Source: Selaginella moellendorffii
Taxonomy: Eukaryota > Plantae > Lycopodiophyta
Direction of reading: 5' to 3'
Assembly (NCBI RefSeq): GCF_000143415.4
Contig: NW_003314301.1
Span: 1,170,981 to 1,234,980 of the forward strand
DNA length: 64,000 nt
The notes under the pieces were generated by a model. It did not search any database. It was given only the letters and a program-made list of their open reading frames with translations, and was not told the DNA's origin. Numbering within the stretch: the first letter of the stretch is position 1; each line of letters starts with the position of its first letter. Below, one piece after another: positions 1 to 13,299 of the stretch. The translations under genes were made by a program, and so were the position numbers.

Positions 1-2760
1 AAGGACCGATCAGAAGCGGGAGAGGCAGGCAGCTGATGCTGTCTCCCGTTACCGGCGCGTGCTCGTTAGTCTGCCAGATGTGTCACTTGGAACCATTCGT
101 CTGGTGGTGCCCACATCCATTCCCGAGTACCTACCTCCCCTTGCTTCCACAAGAAATGCCAAATCTATGCTTCTTTTCTCACTTTTTCTGGACCATTTTG
201 CCCTCCTCTCTTTTCTAGTTGTAGGACACAGGCTGCTGCTGTAGTGATCATTCTAGTCCACACCTGTGACACCACCACCTTTGGTCCTTCGTCTTTGTCG
301 TTAAAAATTCTGTTGCACCAGGCTTTCCACACTTCCCACAACATAATTCCTTGCAGTAGGTCCACTATCTCCGAGGGAACTCCTTCTATGTCTTTTCTTG
401 TCGTGTTGAGCTGGTCAAACCGTGGTACCCCTTCCCCTATTGAGGACCATTTCCAAGAGTCTATTCCATTTCACATTCCTGTAGCAGCTTTGCCCCACAC
501 TGTCACTTCATACGTGAGGCACACTTGTCTTTGGGAATGTTGTTGCAGCAACTAGCATGTGCTTCTCCACACGTCTTGTGCGCTTTCACATTCCCAAAGT
601 ATGTGCCTTTGTGTCTCCCTCGCTCCACATTTATTGCAAGATTGGTCCGGGAGATGTATGATTCGTTTAGATGGTAGTTGATCTTGCATAACCAACCACA
701 TGAAGTATCTTGTTTTCGCCGCCCATCTTCCTTTCCACAACCTCTTTAATATCGCCTGTTGTATCATGTCATGTATGTTAGCTCGTTTCATTCTTGATAC
801 CAGTAGCGCGGCTGAATGAATTTTCTTCCCAGTCTTGTCTCGTAAGCAAAGAACTCTTCCTTTTTCCTTCACTGCCAATTCCATTCTGTTGGATCTCAGA
901 CCAACTTGCTTAGTTTTGGTTGCCTAAACTAGTACAGCCTGGCTACGAGGCCTTCCGTTATTGTCGGGTCCATCGATGCTGTTTTCTTATCCATCCTTTG
1001 TACCCGTATCTGCTCTAATCTTGACATGTCCGGTCATATACTTTCCTCGGGCACCTTGTATGATAGCAATCAACCAACCACCCCAACTTCGAAAGCAATA
1101 CATTTGGCCTGATCTTGAGTTGCCGTATATATCACCTTTCCATCGGCTATCCACCACACTGGTGTCGTTTCTCTGACTTCCCTAATGCTCTGCTTGCAGT
1201 ACCTTCGTGCGTCCTCAAAAGCTATTTCAAATTTTTTCCAATTAGTGCACCGAGATTTCCAGTCCATAAAACGCTTGTAGCATGTCTCTGTTCCTTTTTG
1301 TTTCCCCCATTTTCAGCATCAAGTTGGCCTCTACAAATGTTCTTATCCCAGCACTGTGCAAGCCCCAGCATACTTTGTCTATTCCTTTGTCCCCTATTTC
1401 TCCCAAGCATTTCCCCTTATATTGGAACAATTTGTTAAGGAATATTGGTTGTCGGTCCAACTCGTAACTATTTGCTAGTTTTCTTTTGCTTTTGAACTCT
1501 TTCCATAGTCTGAATAGTTTCATTGAGAACGTATTTGGTCTTGGCATTTTTAAAGCACATTCAGCGAACAGCCACCTTTCATTTTTTCCCCAATTCTGCC
1601 TCGTGTGTTCTAGTCTATCTGGGATGACCTTGAGCAGTTGGTGGTGTAGTAAGAGTTTCCAAGACTGGTTTCCGGGCATATTCATTCGATGAAAGATCTT
1701 GAATAACAGTGCCTTGCATTGTTCCTCTATATCGATTATGTTTATGCCCCCATCCTACTTCGCTCTTGTGACTAAGCTCCATCCAACCTTTGCCCCTCCT
1801 CTTGAGACTGTTGCATGTCCCTTCCATATGTATGTCCTGATGAGTTTGTTCATGTCTTTTAGTGTTTTCTTGCCTAAGTTCCATGCTGCTGCTAGAAACC
1901 AGATTGCCCCTAGCACGATATTGTTCGCCACTACACATTTTGTTGAGAAGGACAACTTTCGTGATGCCTAGAATTTTAGTTGATCTCTGAGCTTGTCAAC
2001 TGCTTTTTGATTATGCGGGAGACGGTTATAGTCCCAGCCCACTTGAAACCCCAAGTATCTTGTTGTTTCCCCTTGTTTCAGTCACTTAAAATCCTACTCC
2101 CCCCCCAGTTTGGCATGTCAGAACTTATTCCCATCGATTTTCCCCAGTTTATTCTTGAGTCTGCTGCCAAGTTGAAAAAGTTTAAATCCTCCTTGACTTT
2201 GCTCATGTTTTCTAGGGAGCCTGATGTTATGATTCCCGTGTCATCTACAAAGGCACTAGATTCCAACTGTGTTTCTGCTATCCCTGCTAGGTCTTGTAAC
2301 GAGTCTCTGTACCCAGGTAAGACCAACCCCTCCAGCCCATCCACTCTTGCTAGATAATGTGGTAATGCATTGGCCGCGAAAAGGAACAAAAAAGGGGCCA
2401 AAGGACACTCTTGTTTTACTGACCATTGTAACTTGATCATGTTCCCACTGTCCTATTTATTGTAACCTTGCTTGATGCGCCTTGATATAAGGTGGTCATC
2501 CATTCTATAAACTTGTCTGGAATGCCAATTTTCCTCATTGTTGTTTGCAAAAACTCCCAGTCCACTCTATGGTATGCCTTCTCATAATCCAAGAGTATTA
2601 TTACCATCTCTAGTCCTTGGTCCTTTATTTGTTCTTATGTGAGCAACACTGTCAATGTGTTGTCTACCAACTGTCTACCTTCCACAAATCTGTTTTGGGT
2701 GTCATATATTGTTTTGGCAGTATCGGCCGTAATCTCTTAGTTAACATTTTGGCTACTATC
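1..2760 (-). mobile_element. Degenerate LINE (non-LTR retrotransposon) ORF2: reverse transcriptase plus zf-RVT
   Basis: Fragmented minus-strand ORFs carry RT motifs VKQECPLAPFLF and SAFVDDT (2078-2440) and a zf-RVT-like segment KRLWKGRWAAKTRYFMWLV...CNKCGARETQRHILWEC (552-884). Many stops and frameshifts. Confidence 0.85.
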
Positions 2761-2959
2761 TCTTAGTTCCCCTTGTGGAATATATACTTTGTTTACCTAT
2801 AATAAATGAGTTTATATAACCCATTTTCTCTTTCCTAGATGGCTCACCTCTCTAGTGAGCATCCTGCTCCTCTTAGTTCCTTAGCAACACTTCTTGTGCT
2901 AGACTATTGTCCTCATATACTGTTCACGTATCATCCCAAAAGGTTGTTGTGTTGGATAT

Positions 2960-4110
2960 CACTAACTTTAAGCTTACTTTTTGACTTAGAGAATTTGCCA
3001 CAATATTACTTTTCTTAAATTTATAAAAAATCTCACAATCAAACTCATTGAAAGCATTAGCCCATGGTAATGTTGCCACTCCTTGAGTGCTTTGACCACC
3101 AAAAATAGTTTCTTTTTATGGGCAGGCCATTTTTGTTGAGCATTGTTCAACTTCTTCAAAAAGAATGTCATTGGATGGTTGTTTTACTTCAAAATTGTGC
3201 CCAATGCAAAGTTTAAAATTTATGTTCTACCTCAAAGTCTTTACTAAAGTTTGGTAATGCTAACGCGGGAGTCTTCCTCAATTTCCCTTTGAAGTGGACA
3301 AATGCTACCTCATATTCAATTGTTTATACCATTTTCCTTTTTCCCATTTGGTATGTTTGATAAACTTTTGGTAGTAGTTGCATAACTCTAACAACATTTA
3401 ACTTGTGTACATTTGGTAATCATTCCCATTCTTGGATCATTTGCATCTTCTCAAGGTCCACTCTGAGCACGTTCTTCCCCACCACATGCCCGAGAAACTT
3501 TACCTTTTATTAAGCAAAGTCACATTTTCTCTCTTTAACATACAACTTATGTTCCTTTAGTTTCTCAAACACTTTTGTTAAGTGTTTGGCATGCTCCTTT
3601 AATGTCTCACTATAAATCATGATGTCGTCAATATAAATGACTAAAACGTGATCTAGATAGGATACAAAAATATGGTTCACCAATGCCGAGAACGTTGCCA
3701 GTGCATTGCACAACCCAAAAGGCATCATCAGAAACTCAGAGCTTCCATACCTCATCTGATAAGTTGTCTTCTTGACTTTAGGTTAATTCTTGAAAAGTAT
3801 TTTGCCTTTCTCAATCTATTGAATAGATCCTCAATCCTTCATAAAGGGTATTTGTTCTTCTTTGTATACTTATTAAGTAATTGATAGTCTATGCACATGT
3901 ATATAGAGCCATCTTTCTTTTTCACAAATAACACTAACACACTATATGACAACTTACTCAATCTAACATATCTTTTATCCATCAACTTCTCAAGTTGGCA
4001 CTTGAGATTCTTAAATTCGTTTTTGTTTAACCAATAAAGGGGATGAACCACCACCTTAGCACTCTCGACTAGCTGGATATTATGTTCTATTGGTCGGGTA
4101 AGGGAACCCC
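2960..4110 (-). mobile_element. Degenerate Ty3/gypsy pol fragment (RT-RNase H)
   Basis: [29 protein letters not shown] and IYIDDIMIYS RT motifs; RNase H-like LFLVVKALKEWQHY. Interrupted by stops. Confidence 0.9.
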
Positions 4111-4387
4111 GTCGATAATTCCTTTAGTACGGTATCTTAGCTAAATGTGGACCCCAACCCTATTATACTCCCTTTTTCACAAGTTATCATTGAAGTGCAC
4201 CTTAATAGCTACATTTAATGCTGCTTTATAGTTGATTGAGTTCCAACATATCACCTTGCCCCGAGTCCAAGTTTGTAAGCTTGATATGAAGGCATGGAAC
4301 ACATCCATGTCGCCCATGTCTATGATAAAGATCCTCTTGGTTGTAAACACATTCATATACTCTTAAATAGTTTTTGTCTGTTTTAGT

Positions 4388-5233
4388 ATCGCAAATGTGA
4401 TTATGGGTATCGAAAGTTACTTGTCAGCTAGTCCTTTGAATATTCTCTCCTTACTATCATGGCAGCAAGAGGTTGGTATTTATCAGTCCCTCTTATGCTA
4501 ATGGAGTTAACTGAGCATTTCAAGTGTCCTTAGATCAGACAAGCATAAGGACGAAATTCCTACGTACTATTAGCTAAGCATACTTAACCTAGTAAAGAGT
4601 TCCTGTTTCATTATGTCTTGCACTGGCTAGTGACAAGAACCTCTGCATATTGAGAATAGTCCAGATGATAACTTACCATATCTGCCAAACATCCTCATTA
4701 TCATGTCTTATGTGTTAGTCTTGTTTAGTTTTAATTTATGGAGAGTGTTTAGATTTGCTAATTTAGCATATCTATGGAATGTAGAGAGTGTTCTAAACAC
4801 AATAGTGTGGGTCCCATATTCAAATTTGCAATCTAATGTCATTCCATATTTAGTAAGTTTTTATGTTTGTCCCAAAGACTAACTTTTGGTACCAAGGATG
4901 ACTAGGGGTGAAAGCCCAAAGCATGCATTCCTAAATGGGGGGGGTTCCAAATGTATAGTAAGGATAGTGGGTAGGTCGAACATGGTTGATTAACCTAAGG
5001 TATAGTTTAGCTCCTACTTGCGTGCTTGTGTCTAAGCCTAAGTTCCATACCATGCTAGCTAGTGGAGTACCCATATCTTCATGTTAGGCCACCAGTATAT
5101 TAAACTAGTGCTAAACTCTATTTAGCTCCATTTTGCATGTTAGTCTTAGCATTGGGATGCTAGATATTATAAGACTATTCTTACTTCACTCTGTGCTTCT
5201 GTCCCTTTATTCCTTGGGTTGAACGCTTGGGAG
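4388..5233 (+). repeat. LTR of the local Ty3/gypsy family, running into an assembly gap
   Basis: Shares blocks (GGGGTGAAAGCCCAAAG, TTCCAAATGTATAGTA, GGAGTACCCATATC) with the LTR copies at 5842-7430, from 16192, 61800-62745 and 63150-63693. Confidence 0.75.
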
Positions 5234-5841
5234 NNNNNNNNNNNNNNNNNNNNNNNNNNNNNNNNNNNNNNNNNNNNNNNNNNNNNNNNNNNNNNNNNNN
5301 NNNNNNNNNNNNNNNNNNNNNNNNNNNNNNNNNTGGTTCCATACTTATTAAACAAGTATATAACTTAATGACGTAAGTTTAGTGTTTGGGACTTATGAAG
5401 TAAGTAAGTTTAATAACATAACCCTTTACAACACCATTCAGTAAAGTAAGCCCCACCATTGCAAAATCATCATCAAGCACATAGTTTTTCCATATTGGCA
5501 TGTCAACTTTACCTTTGTCAATATTATTTGATTGCTTTTAGTTTTTAGTGTTGGATTACATTACATTGAGTCTTGAATGTGGTGATTCACTCCTTGATGA
5601 TGTATTATATATAGCTGAGTATTATCAAAGGATTAGTCTCAGATGCTAAGTATAGTATCTTCAACCTTGGTTAGTCTAGTTGCTAAAGAGTTTTGAGTGG
5701 TGATTTGCTCTCTCTTTTCTTTAGTTTTGCTATAATGTTGATGGCATTGAAATGATGCTCTATCGTTGACATTGTTACTATCAAGATTCAAGTGAAATGA
5801 AATGTCTCTTGAAAAAATTGATATTGAGTTTCTGTAGCATA

Positions 5842-7430
5842 TATGGTTTTTACCCTTTATCCTATGGTGATTTACCATAGGATAACAACGAAGTGGAACC
5901 TAAACCATCCATGTGCCACATGTCATGTATCTAAAGGATAGTGGTATGAAACCCAAGTTTCATAGCCTTGGGCCACTAAACAAAGAACAGAGCCAAACTC
6001 CTAAGTATGGAGCGAAGGAGCGAAGGTACTAGAGCACAGAGTGACTTTCGAGCATATAGCCCAAAGAGCAAAGGACAAGAGCACAAAGCGACTTGAAATA
6101 GTCCTAGAGCATCCAGTATCCCAATGCCAAGACCAACATGCAAAACAGAGCCAAACAAAGTCTAGTGGTATTTCAACATATTAGTAGCCTAACACAAGGA
6201 TATATGGGTACTCCACCAACTAATATGGTATGGAACTTAGGATTAAATCCACGCAAGACACAAAGCAAAAATAGGCATGCAAACGAGAGCTAGACTATAC
6301 CTCAAGTTGGTCAGTCATGCCTAACCTGATTATCCCTACTATACATTTAAAACTCCCTATAACCGTCCCCCCCCCCCCCCAGGCGAAAAAGCTATTTTGA
6401 GGAAACCCGGCTTGGGGTTTCACCCTAAGCCTCCCTTAGAGACAGGGGTTAGGCCCTAGGACAAACTTGAAAATTAGTAAAAAATAAAATATCCCTAGGT
6501 TGGGAATTTGGAAAGGGGGCCCACACCATTGGGTTCAAAAAAATCTCTACATTCCAAAAAAAGGCCAAAAAATTAAATCGAACCGCTTTCCATAAATAGT
6601 ATTTGGGAACGGAATGAGACTAACACAAAAGGGGGGAAAGGGGGGGTGTTTTAAAGAAAAGGGAAGCTATCATCCCGAAATATTAAGGGGCCAGTCCCAA
6701 AATGTAAGGGTTCTTGCCAAGGCAGGGCGAGAGAGAGGAAAAGAGAACTCATAAGCTAGACTAAATATACTTGGCTAAATAGACACTTAGGAATTCCTTC
6801 CTTATGCTCGTTTAGCCAAGTGTAGATGCAAAGTCCAATTACTAACACTTAAACAAGAGGGACTAATATAAGCTCCAACAATACCAACCTTTGTAAGCTC
6901 TTGAATTTGAACTTCCCGGGAGGTCACCCAGCCCAGTACTATTCAAACCCAAGGATGCTTAACCCCAAATATCCCAAGACCCTTAACCGATTGGAAAAGA
7001 AGGTGCACTCTTATTTATGGGCCCTTTCCCTTTATATTTGAACCCCATGGATCGTCTCTCAAGTTGTTCCCTTTGGTTGCTTACAATCCACCACGCTTCC
7101 CTGCAAATTCACGCCCTCGTGAACGAAAGCTGAGAGCCGTAGCTCTCCCGAGAGCCCCGCTCTCTTGACACCCTACCCCTTAGATCAACAGAGTCGGACC
7201 CGAGACCTCTCTGATACTAAATGTAAGCTCCTGAATTTGGACTTCCCGGGAAGTCACCCAGTCCAGTACTATTCAAACCCAAAGACGCTTAACCCCAAAT
7301 ATCCCAAGACCCTTAACCGATTGGAAAAGGGGTTGCACTCTTACCTTTTGCCGTCGTGGCAGTAAGGAAAGAATATCTGAAAGCTCTAGCTAATAGATAA
7401 CTTTTGATACCTGAAATCACATTTACAACA
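5842..7430 (-). repeat. 3' LTR of a minus-strand Ty3/gypsy-family element, interrupted by a Cassandra-like TRIM
   Basis: Ends match the LTR at 61800-62745. A reverse-complement polypurine tract TTCTTTCCCCCTTAAGG lies directly adjacent at 7431-7447. Confidence 0.75.
6892..7342 (-). mobile_element. Cassandra-like TRIM with 5S-rRNA-derived LTRs
   Basis: LTR 6892-7085 is bounded by TGTAAGC...GCTTACA; the second LTR is 7222-7342 (truncated). Both contain ACTTCCCGGGARGTCACCCAGYCCAGTACTATTCAAACCCAA..GCTTAAC, the reverse complement of the 5S A-box/IE/C-box region. PBS-like CTCTGATACTA at about 7209-7219, PPT at 7086-7101, flanking ACCTT duplication. Confidence 0.88.
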
Positions 7431-10400
7431 TTCTTTCCCCCTTAAGGAAGATCGATGTCCTCGTTGATGCATACTCCAGTCTAGACCATTGCTAAGGAAA
7501 CAACTCTAAGAAAAGTTCATAGTGATCATACTATGTTCAAAATGCACCAACTTAAATGAGTTAGGAGGCAATTTCTTTGTCTAACACGGATGTGCTACCA
7601 ACTCAGACACCTTCTGGCCATCGTTGACAAGGAAATGACTAATAAAATTAACCACCCTTACTACTCTAGATGTCACTCAGCTTACAAAAGTGTGATATAC
7701 CCCTACTCATAGAGACATAAAGAGAAAAGCTAGAGGCCCCAACCCTCATGAGCAAAGAAACCAAACTTATCAGTAAGGTTTAGATAGACTACTATAAATA
7801 GGTAGTTAGAGTTGTTTACATGGTCACACCCTTTTAATGAAATAAGGAACATTGACAGAAAGGCGGGTGATGTGACCAATTAACAATAGTTACCCCATGA
7901 CTAAAGATTTCATTATGCACACAAAATGCTGAAGACAATCTGTTTATACTGGCCCAAACTCAAAGATTAATAGATGGATAATATTAAAGTTAGAGACAAT
8001 AATATCTTATAGACTTAATTATCAGTGAATAAATATTAGATTAGAACACAAAAGTATTCCAAATAAGGTATCATCCGATAAACCAGAATTAGAGTACATG
8101 AACCACCAAGATCATTATAGTTGGAAAACATAGGATTCACCATCTAACAAAATTCAATAGCTAGTGTATCATTAAGGACACTCAATGACAAAACTTAACT
8201 ATCAAACACACTAAACAACTTATAAAAGACAAGTATAAGAACACAAAGTATCATTGACAGATAAGTAAAATGCTCACGAATGTATAACCCAAAGAAAATA
8301 ACATTTAACTTATCAAAACCAACTGTAACAATAATTAATAGAATAAAATGAATGTTACAAGACCAATAAACACTTATTCATGCTAATTATCACACTAGCC
8401 AATCTGAATAAATTTTAGTCAATAAGTTGCTTAAACAAGTGTTAGCAACATCCTATTGATGTCTCAAACTCAAGAGACCAATCCAAAGAAAACCACAAAG
8501 AACATATGGTAATGTGAAAAACCATAAGTCATCAAAGAGAACAACTAACCATCATGAAAAAACATTAATCATTTCATCAATGAAGAGATGTATAATCATT
8601 GTCGAAGATAGAATCCATCATCCCAAAGAACAGCAAATCATTTTAAATCAACAATAATTAAGCAAAACTTTTAACAAGGACAATAATTCAATAACTCAAA
8701 CTTTCTACTCAATTCGTTTGAACGTCAATACAATTGCTAACTAGCAATTATACAAATGCCAATAACATAAAGCTATAACCAAACCATCAACACTATTTTC
8801 ATTGAGACTAATGAAACTCAATATTAATCCTATGGAGAGATATCTCATTTCACTCGAATCTCAACATTAATAATGTCAATAACAAGGCATCACTTCAATA
8901 CCATCAACACCATAACAAAGTTAATAGAAAGCAAGAGTGAATTAGCACCCAAACTCTTTAACAACCAAATTAACCAAAGTTGAAGATACTTTACTTAGTA
9001 TCTGAGACCAATCCTCCAACAATACTCAGTTATAAATAACACCTTATCAAGGAGTGATTCACCACATCCAAGACTCCATAAAATCTAACACTACTGACTA
9101 AACACAACTAAATGATATTGATAGAGGTAGAGTCAACATGCTAACATGGAAAAATAATGTAAGTTTAATGACACAATTTTTCACAACACCATTTAGTAAA
9201 ACAAGCTTATCATTGATAAATCTTCATCAAGTGAAGCAAGTGTTAAAAGTCATTAACAAAGTCTATAAGTAACCACTAGTTATAAAGTAACTAACAATCA
9301 CTCTTCAACTTGCCTTCACAAAACTTAAACACTAAACTCATATTATCGAGTTATATACTTGTTCAACATAAACGTAATACCCCAAGTATAAGATAAAGGT
9401 TCATGGACAAACACAAACTAAATGACCACTCGAATCTAACTCAACCGCAATAAACTCACTAATGCATTTAACCAACATTTCTGAGCATGCCTTGAAGAGG
9501 CTAACTATGCATGATCAATACTTAGTTGAAACTAAAATGAAGACCATGAGATAGATAACTTCCTCATAGACAAAGCTATAGTATAGGTACTAATATCTTA
9601 ACCTCAAACAACTAAGTTAGACATCATCATACTTAACCAAAGTGCAAGACTACCAAGACTAAGTCAAGATCAATGAAAGTTCACTACTTTTACAGAGTTT
9701 AACGAAATGCAAGGTGCAACTTGCCACCTAACATAATGCTATAGAAAAATGGCACAAAAGTGACTTTTATAGAAAAGTGCAATAGCCACAATTCTACACC
9801 AACTCCAGACACTATCCAACTTAATTGTTTGTAAGCAACTAAATTTTCCATTTTACTTTAGTCACTTAACCACACCTCTGATGACTTGGAGGAGTCTCAC
9901 TCATAACCTCTATAAGTCCTATTCCGGACTTGGGGCTTGCTATCCCCGAGAATGGCATCTATGCCACTCAACCTTTGCACTTGGTCCAAGTGTTCCACAT
10001 GTCCAATCCCATGACCGACACCCCAAAGTACCACCAACCTATCAACCCGTTACGCTAAGGCCATGTCCCTTCACCTTGGTCATACTGGTGGTCTAACACC
10101 ACTTGCATCACAGTCCCGTCTCTCAAAGACTGGGCCATCCATCCATGAGTGATCATCCCAGATCCACTCCTTAGCATCTTTAGGATGCCCACAGATAGGG
10201 GATATAGCCTTCCCCAATATCCTTTTTCCAGTCCCTTCCAAATCCTTTTCTGTCCATGGCTGTGTTTGCCAACACTACCACTGGGTCAAGGCCCACAGGC
10301 CTGACCACTAAGTTCCCTAGTCCTCTAGGACTTCTTCACCACATGACTGTATCCTTGGTCACTACACCAGAGGACTGCTCCTTTTCCTTCCCATAGTTTG

Positions 10401-13290
10401 GACATTTGGGACAACATTTCGGAACACTGTAGCCCTACGCGAGCCTTGCAGGTACTCTCCCCTCCTGCCTTTGGGTGCTCTAGCCATGGGCTTAGAGCGA
10501 GGTTCCATTGAGCCATGCCAGGTATCCAAGTAGGTAGTGCCACCCATACTTTGACTGGGAGCATCGACTATTCGATCTCCCAGGGGAACTAGAGCCTGCT
10601 CTTGAACACTTCACCAAGCTACCCTGTTTGTCGGTCCGTATTCACTCTAGTCTTGGACTTCCCAGTGGTCAACTCATCACCCAACACCTGGGTATAGCCT
10701 TCCTGGGCCAAACTAGCCTTTCTTGGCCAAATTGGCTCCACTAGGCTCCAACCCTGATACTTTCCATACTATACTTTTGGAACCCCCCGCAGAACCCCCC
10801 CTAGGGGGACGATCGCTTTGGGCTTTCACCCAATAGCCTGTATTAGTATTCGAACTCGGACTCAGATTCGAAATCGGACTCGGACTCGGTCTCGGTCCCA
10901 GTTTCAGACTCGGACTCGATTTTGGTTTCGGTCTTGGTCTTGGTCTCGGTCTCGGTTCCATCTTGGACTCCATCTCGGACTCCATATCGGACTCCATCTC
11001 GGGTCCATTTCAAACTCCATCTCGGACTCCATCTCGGGTCTATCTCAGACTCCATCTCGGGTCCATCTCGGACTCCATTTCGGGTCCATCTCAGACTCCA
11101 TCTCGGGTCCATCTTGGACTCTATCTCGGGTCCATCTTGAACTCCATCTCGGACTCCATCTCGGGTCCATCTCGGACTCCATCTTGGACTCCATCTTAGG
11201 TCCATCTCAAACTCCAACTCGGGCTTCATCTTGGGTCCATTTTGGATTCCATCTCGGTCCATCTCGGACTCCTCCACATGTCATGTGTTGGTCCTCTTGT
11301 GTCCCTTTTCTAGAGACTCACTCATTGCTTGCTTTGTGCTTGTTCTTTGAGCACTTCGTTGGGAGTTCCACTCCCGCTTTCGACTTTTCAAGTTGGAGCT
11401 TTTAGTCCAAACGTGTTATGCTCGTTTGGCTTTTGCTTCGGCCATCACCATATTGCACCCTTTCAGCTCCACTTTGGGGCCTAGGGATTTTGTGTCTCAC
11501 ATTGTCTTAGCCCCAAAAGTCAGCATCCCTTTCGGGTCACATCATATAAACTACCTATTATAGTTTAAGCTAGTGAAAGGGTTAGAGTTGACTTCAATTA
11601 ATTTGTAATAGTTTTCGAAAATGGAATGGTTTTCAAGCAAAAACTTTAATAAATCAGCCATTGGAAAAGCCTAAAAAAATTTATGGAAAATTTTCCATCC
11701 TAGAAAAAGAATGAATCTTAGTCTAGAAATACAAATTCTCAAGACTCAACCAATTTCCTCTTACTAACAATTTTATATATGTTCACCTCAATACAAATTC
11801 TTATAACCTAACAATATGTCTAAGCATCGAATACCATACCTATATTTCTGACATCTAACACTGACATCTGTAAAATGCAAAATGAACATCCAAGGCTTAA
11901 TCACGAAGACCACATCTTTGGATATTCACATTGCACTAACACTTTTCTTCAATCACTTTTAAGATTCAGTTTGAAGCCAAAACACTAACAAGAAAAATAA
12001 CATGGAAATCCAAGATCTAAGGAAAATTCCTCATCACTTAAAATAACAATGTCACTCATTAACACAAGTGCTAACATTTTTAATGCCTCAACTACACACC
12101 TTTTCCATTTAACAATTTATTCGAAGTGCTAATGGATTAACTAACGAGCTATAGTAAATAAATGCTACAACCCTTTTCCAATACCTCAATGGGCAAACTC
12201 AAGGAACCAAGGAACCAACTTAAGCTTAGCATAATGAATCACTATAAAGAATCTAGTTAAAGTTACTACAATATTACTATATGTAAGTTCACTATCAACC
12301 ACTTTGGGGTTGAACATCGTTTAACCAAACAACTTTGTAAACATGTTACTCACTATCATATAAATATGATATAAAAATCACAATGACTTGATCATCAATT
12401 AAGCAATACCATGAGCAACACCCATGTCATTACTTCAAAGGTTTATGTGACTATCAAGTGCCAACTCGATTCAATAAAATGCAACATAAATGCCACACTC
12501 CACCGATAGAAATTTACGATACCCAACACCACTAACTTTTGTTCATAACATAGACAAGCTCATACCACTTTCTTTCTGACCAAAATCAAAACTAATCCAA
12601 CACCAGACTACTTAAGAAGCAATAGCAAGGTTCCTCGGAAAAGAATTAAGCATTGCAACCCAAGCCTTCAATAGTAAGCTTAGACAAAATGATTTAGTTC
12701 TTCACTGCTATCCATCCCATAATTCACCATTTATAAGATCATCATTTCCAAAATGTATCAAGGTAGAGACTCTTGATTACATAATATGAACACGAGCAAT
12801 GAATTAGCACCTCATTGCAAATCATCTCTCCAAGAGAAAATGATTTATGTTTTGATCCCTCATTCTTGATAACTCTCTTTTCGATCTTATCTTTAACTAA
12901 ACCTTAAGTTTGCTTTCACACTGCTTTCAGTCCAATCCAAGACAAGTTTATGAGAGAGCATGGCAATGACTGCTTGAACCAATAGACTAATCCCTACAAT
13001 CTTGATTGATCCACTCATAATCATGCCTAGGAAGGATCCACTAGTGCCGTCTTAAACAGCTACAAACTAGCCTATTTACCACTTATAGTAAACCCAATAG
13101 AGGTTTACTTTCATCTATGGTACATGGAACAACAACTGGAATCACCGATAAGCTAGCATTAATTCTGCCAACTCAAAGTGTAACCTTGAGTTACTAATGT
13201 GCCTCACTCATGAGCCCAAATGCAAACTCGTGCAAAATGGTATACCTCAAATCCATCTTCCCAACTCAAAGTGTAACCTTAAGTTGTTAA
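7431..13290 (-). mobile_element. Long, mostly non-coding internal region of the minus-strand LTR retroelement
   Basis: 7430-7830 is the reverse complement of 15760-16190 (the 3' UTR next to the PPT). 8830-9370 mirrors 5340-5840, and 13140-13260 mirrors 63880-64000. Confidence 0.6.
10850..11270. repeat. Tandem minisatellite (6-bp and 12-bp units GGACTCCATCTC / GGGTCCATCTC)
   Basis: The tandem array is directly visible. A decayed homologue lies at about 37480-37660. Confidence 0.9.
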
Positions 13291-13299
13291 TTGCCTAGG

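Noticed and set aside
6370-6740. LTR segment with an odd excess of homopolymer runs and high divergence
   Set aside because: It begins right after a poly-C run and looks like low-quality read sequence rather than biology.
6905-6965. 5S rRNA gene
   Set aside because: Only the internal promoter half matches, and it sits within TRIM LTRs, so it is not a real rRNA gene.
10713-11405. Repetitive ORFs of 70-195 aa on both strands
   Set aside because: They are by-products of a stop-poor minisatellite.
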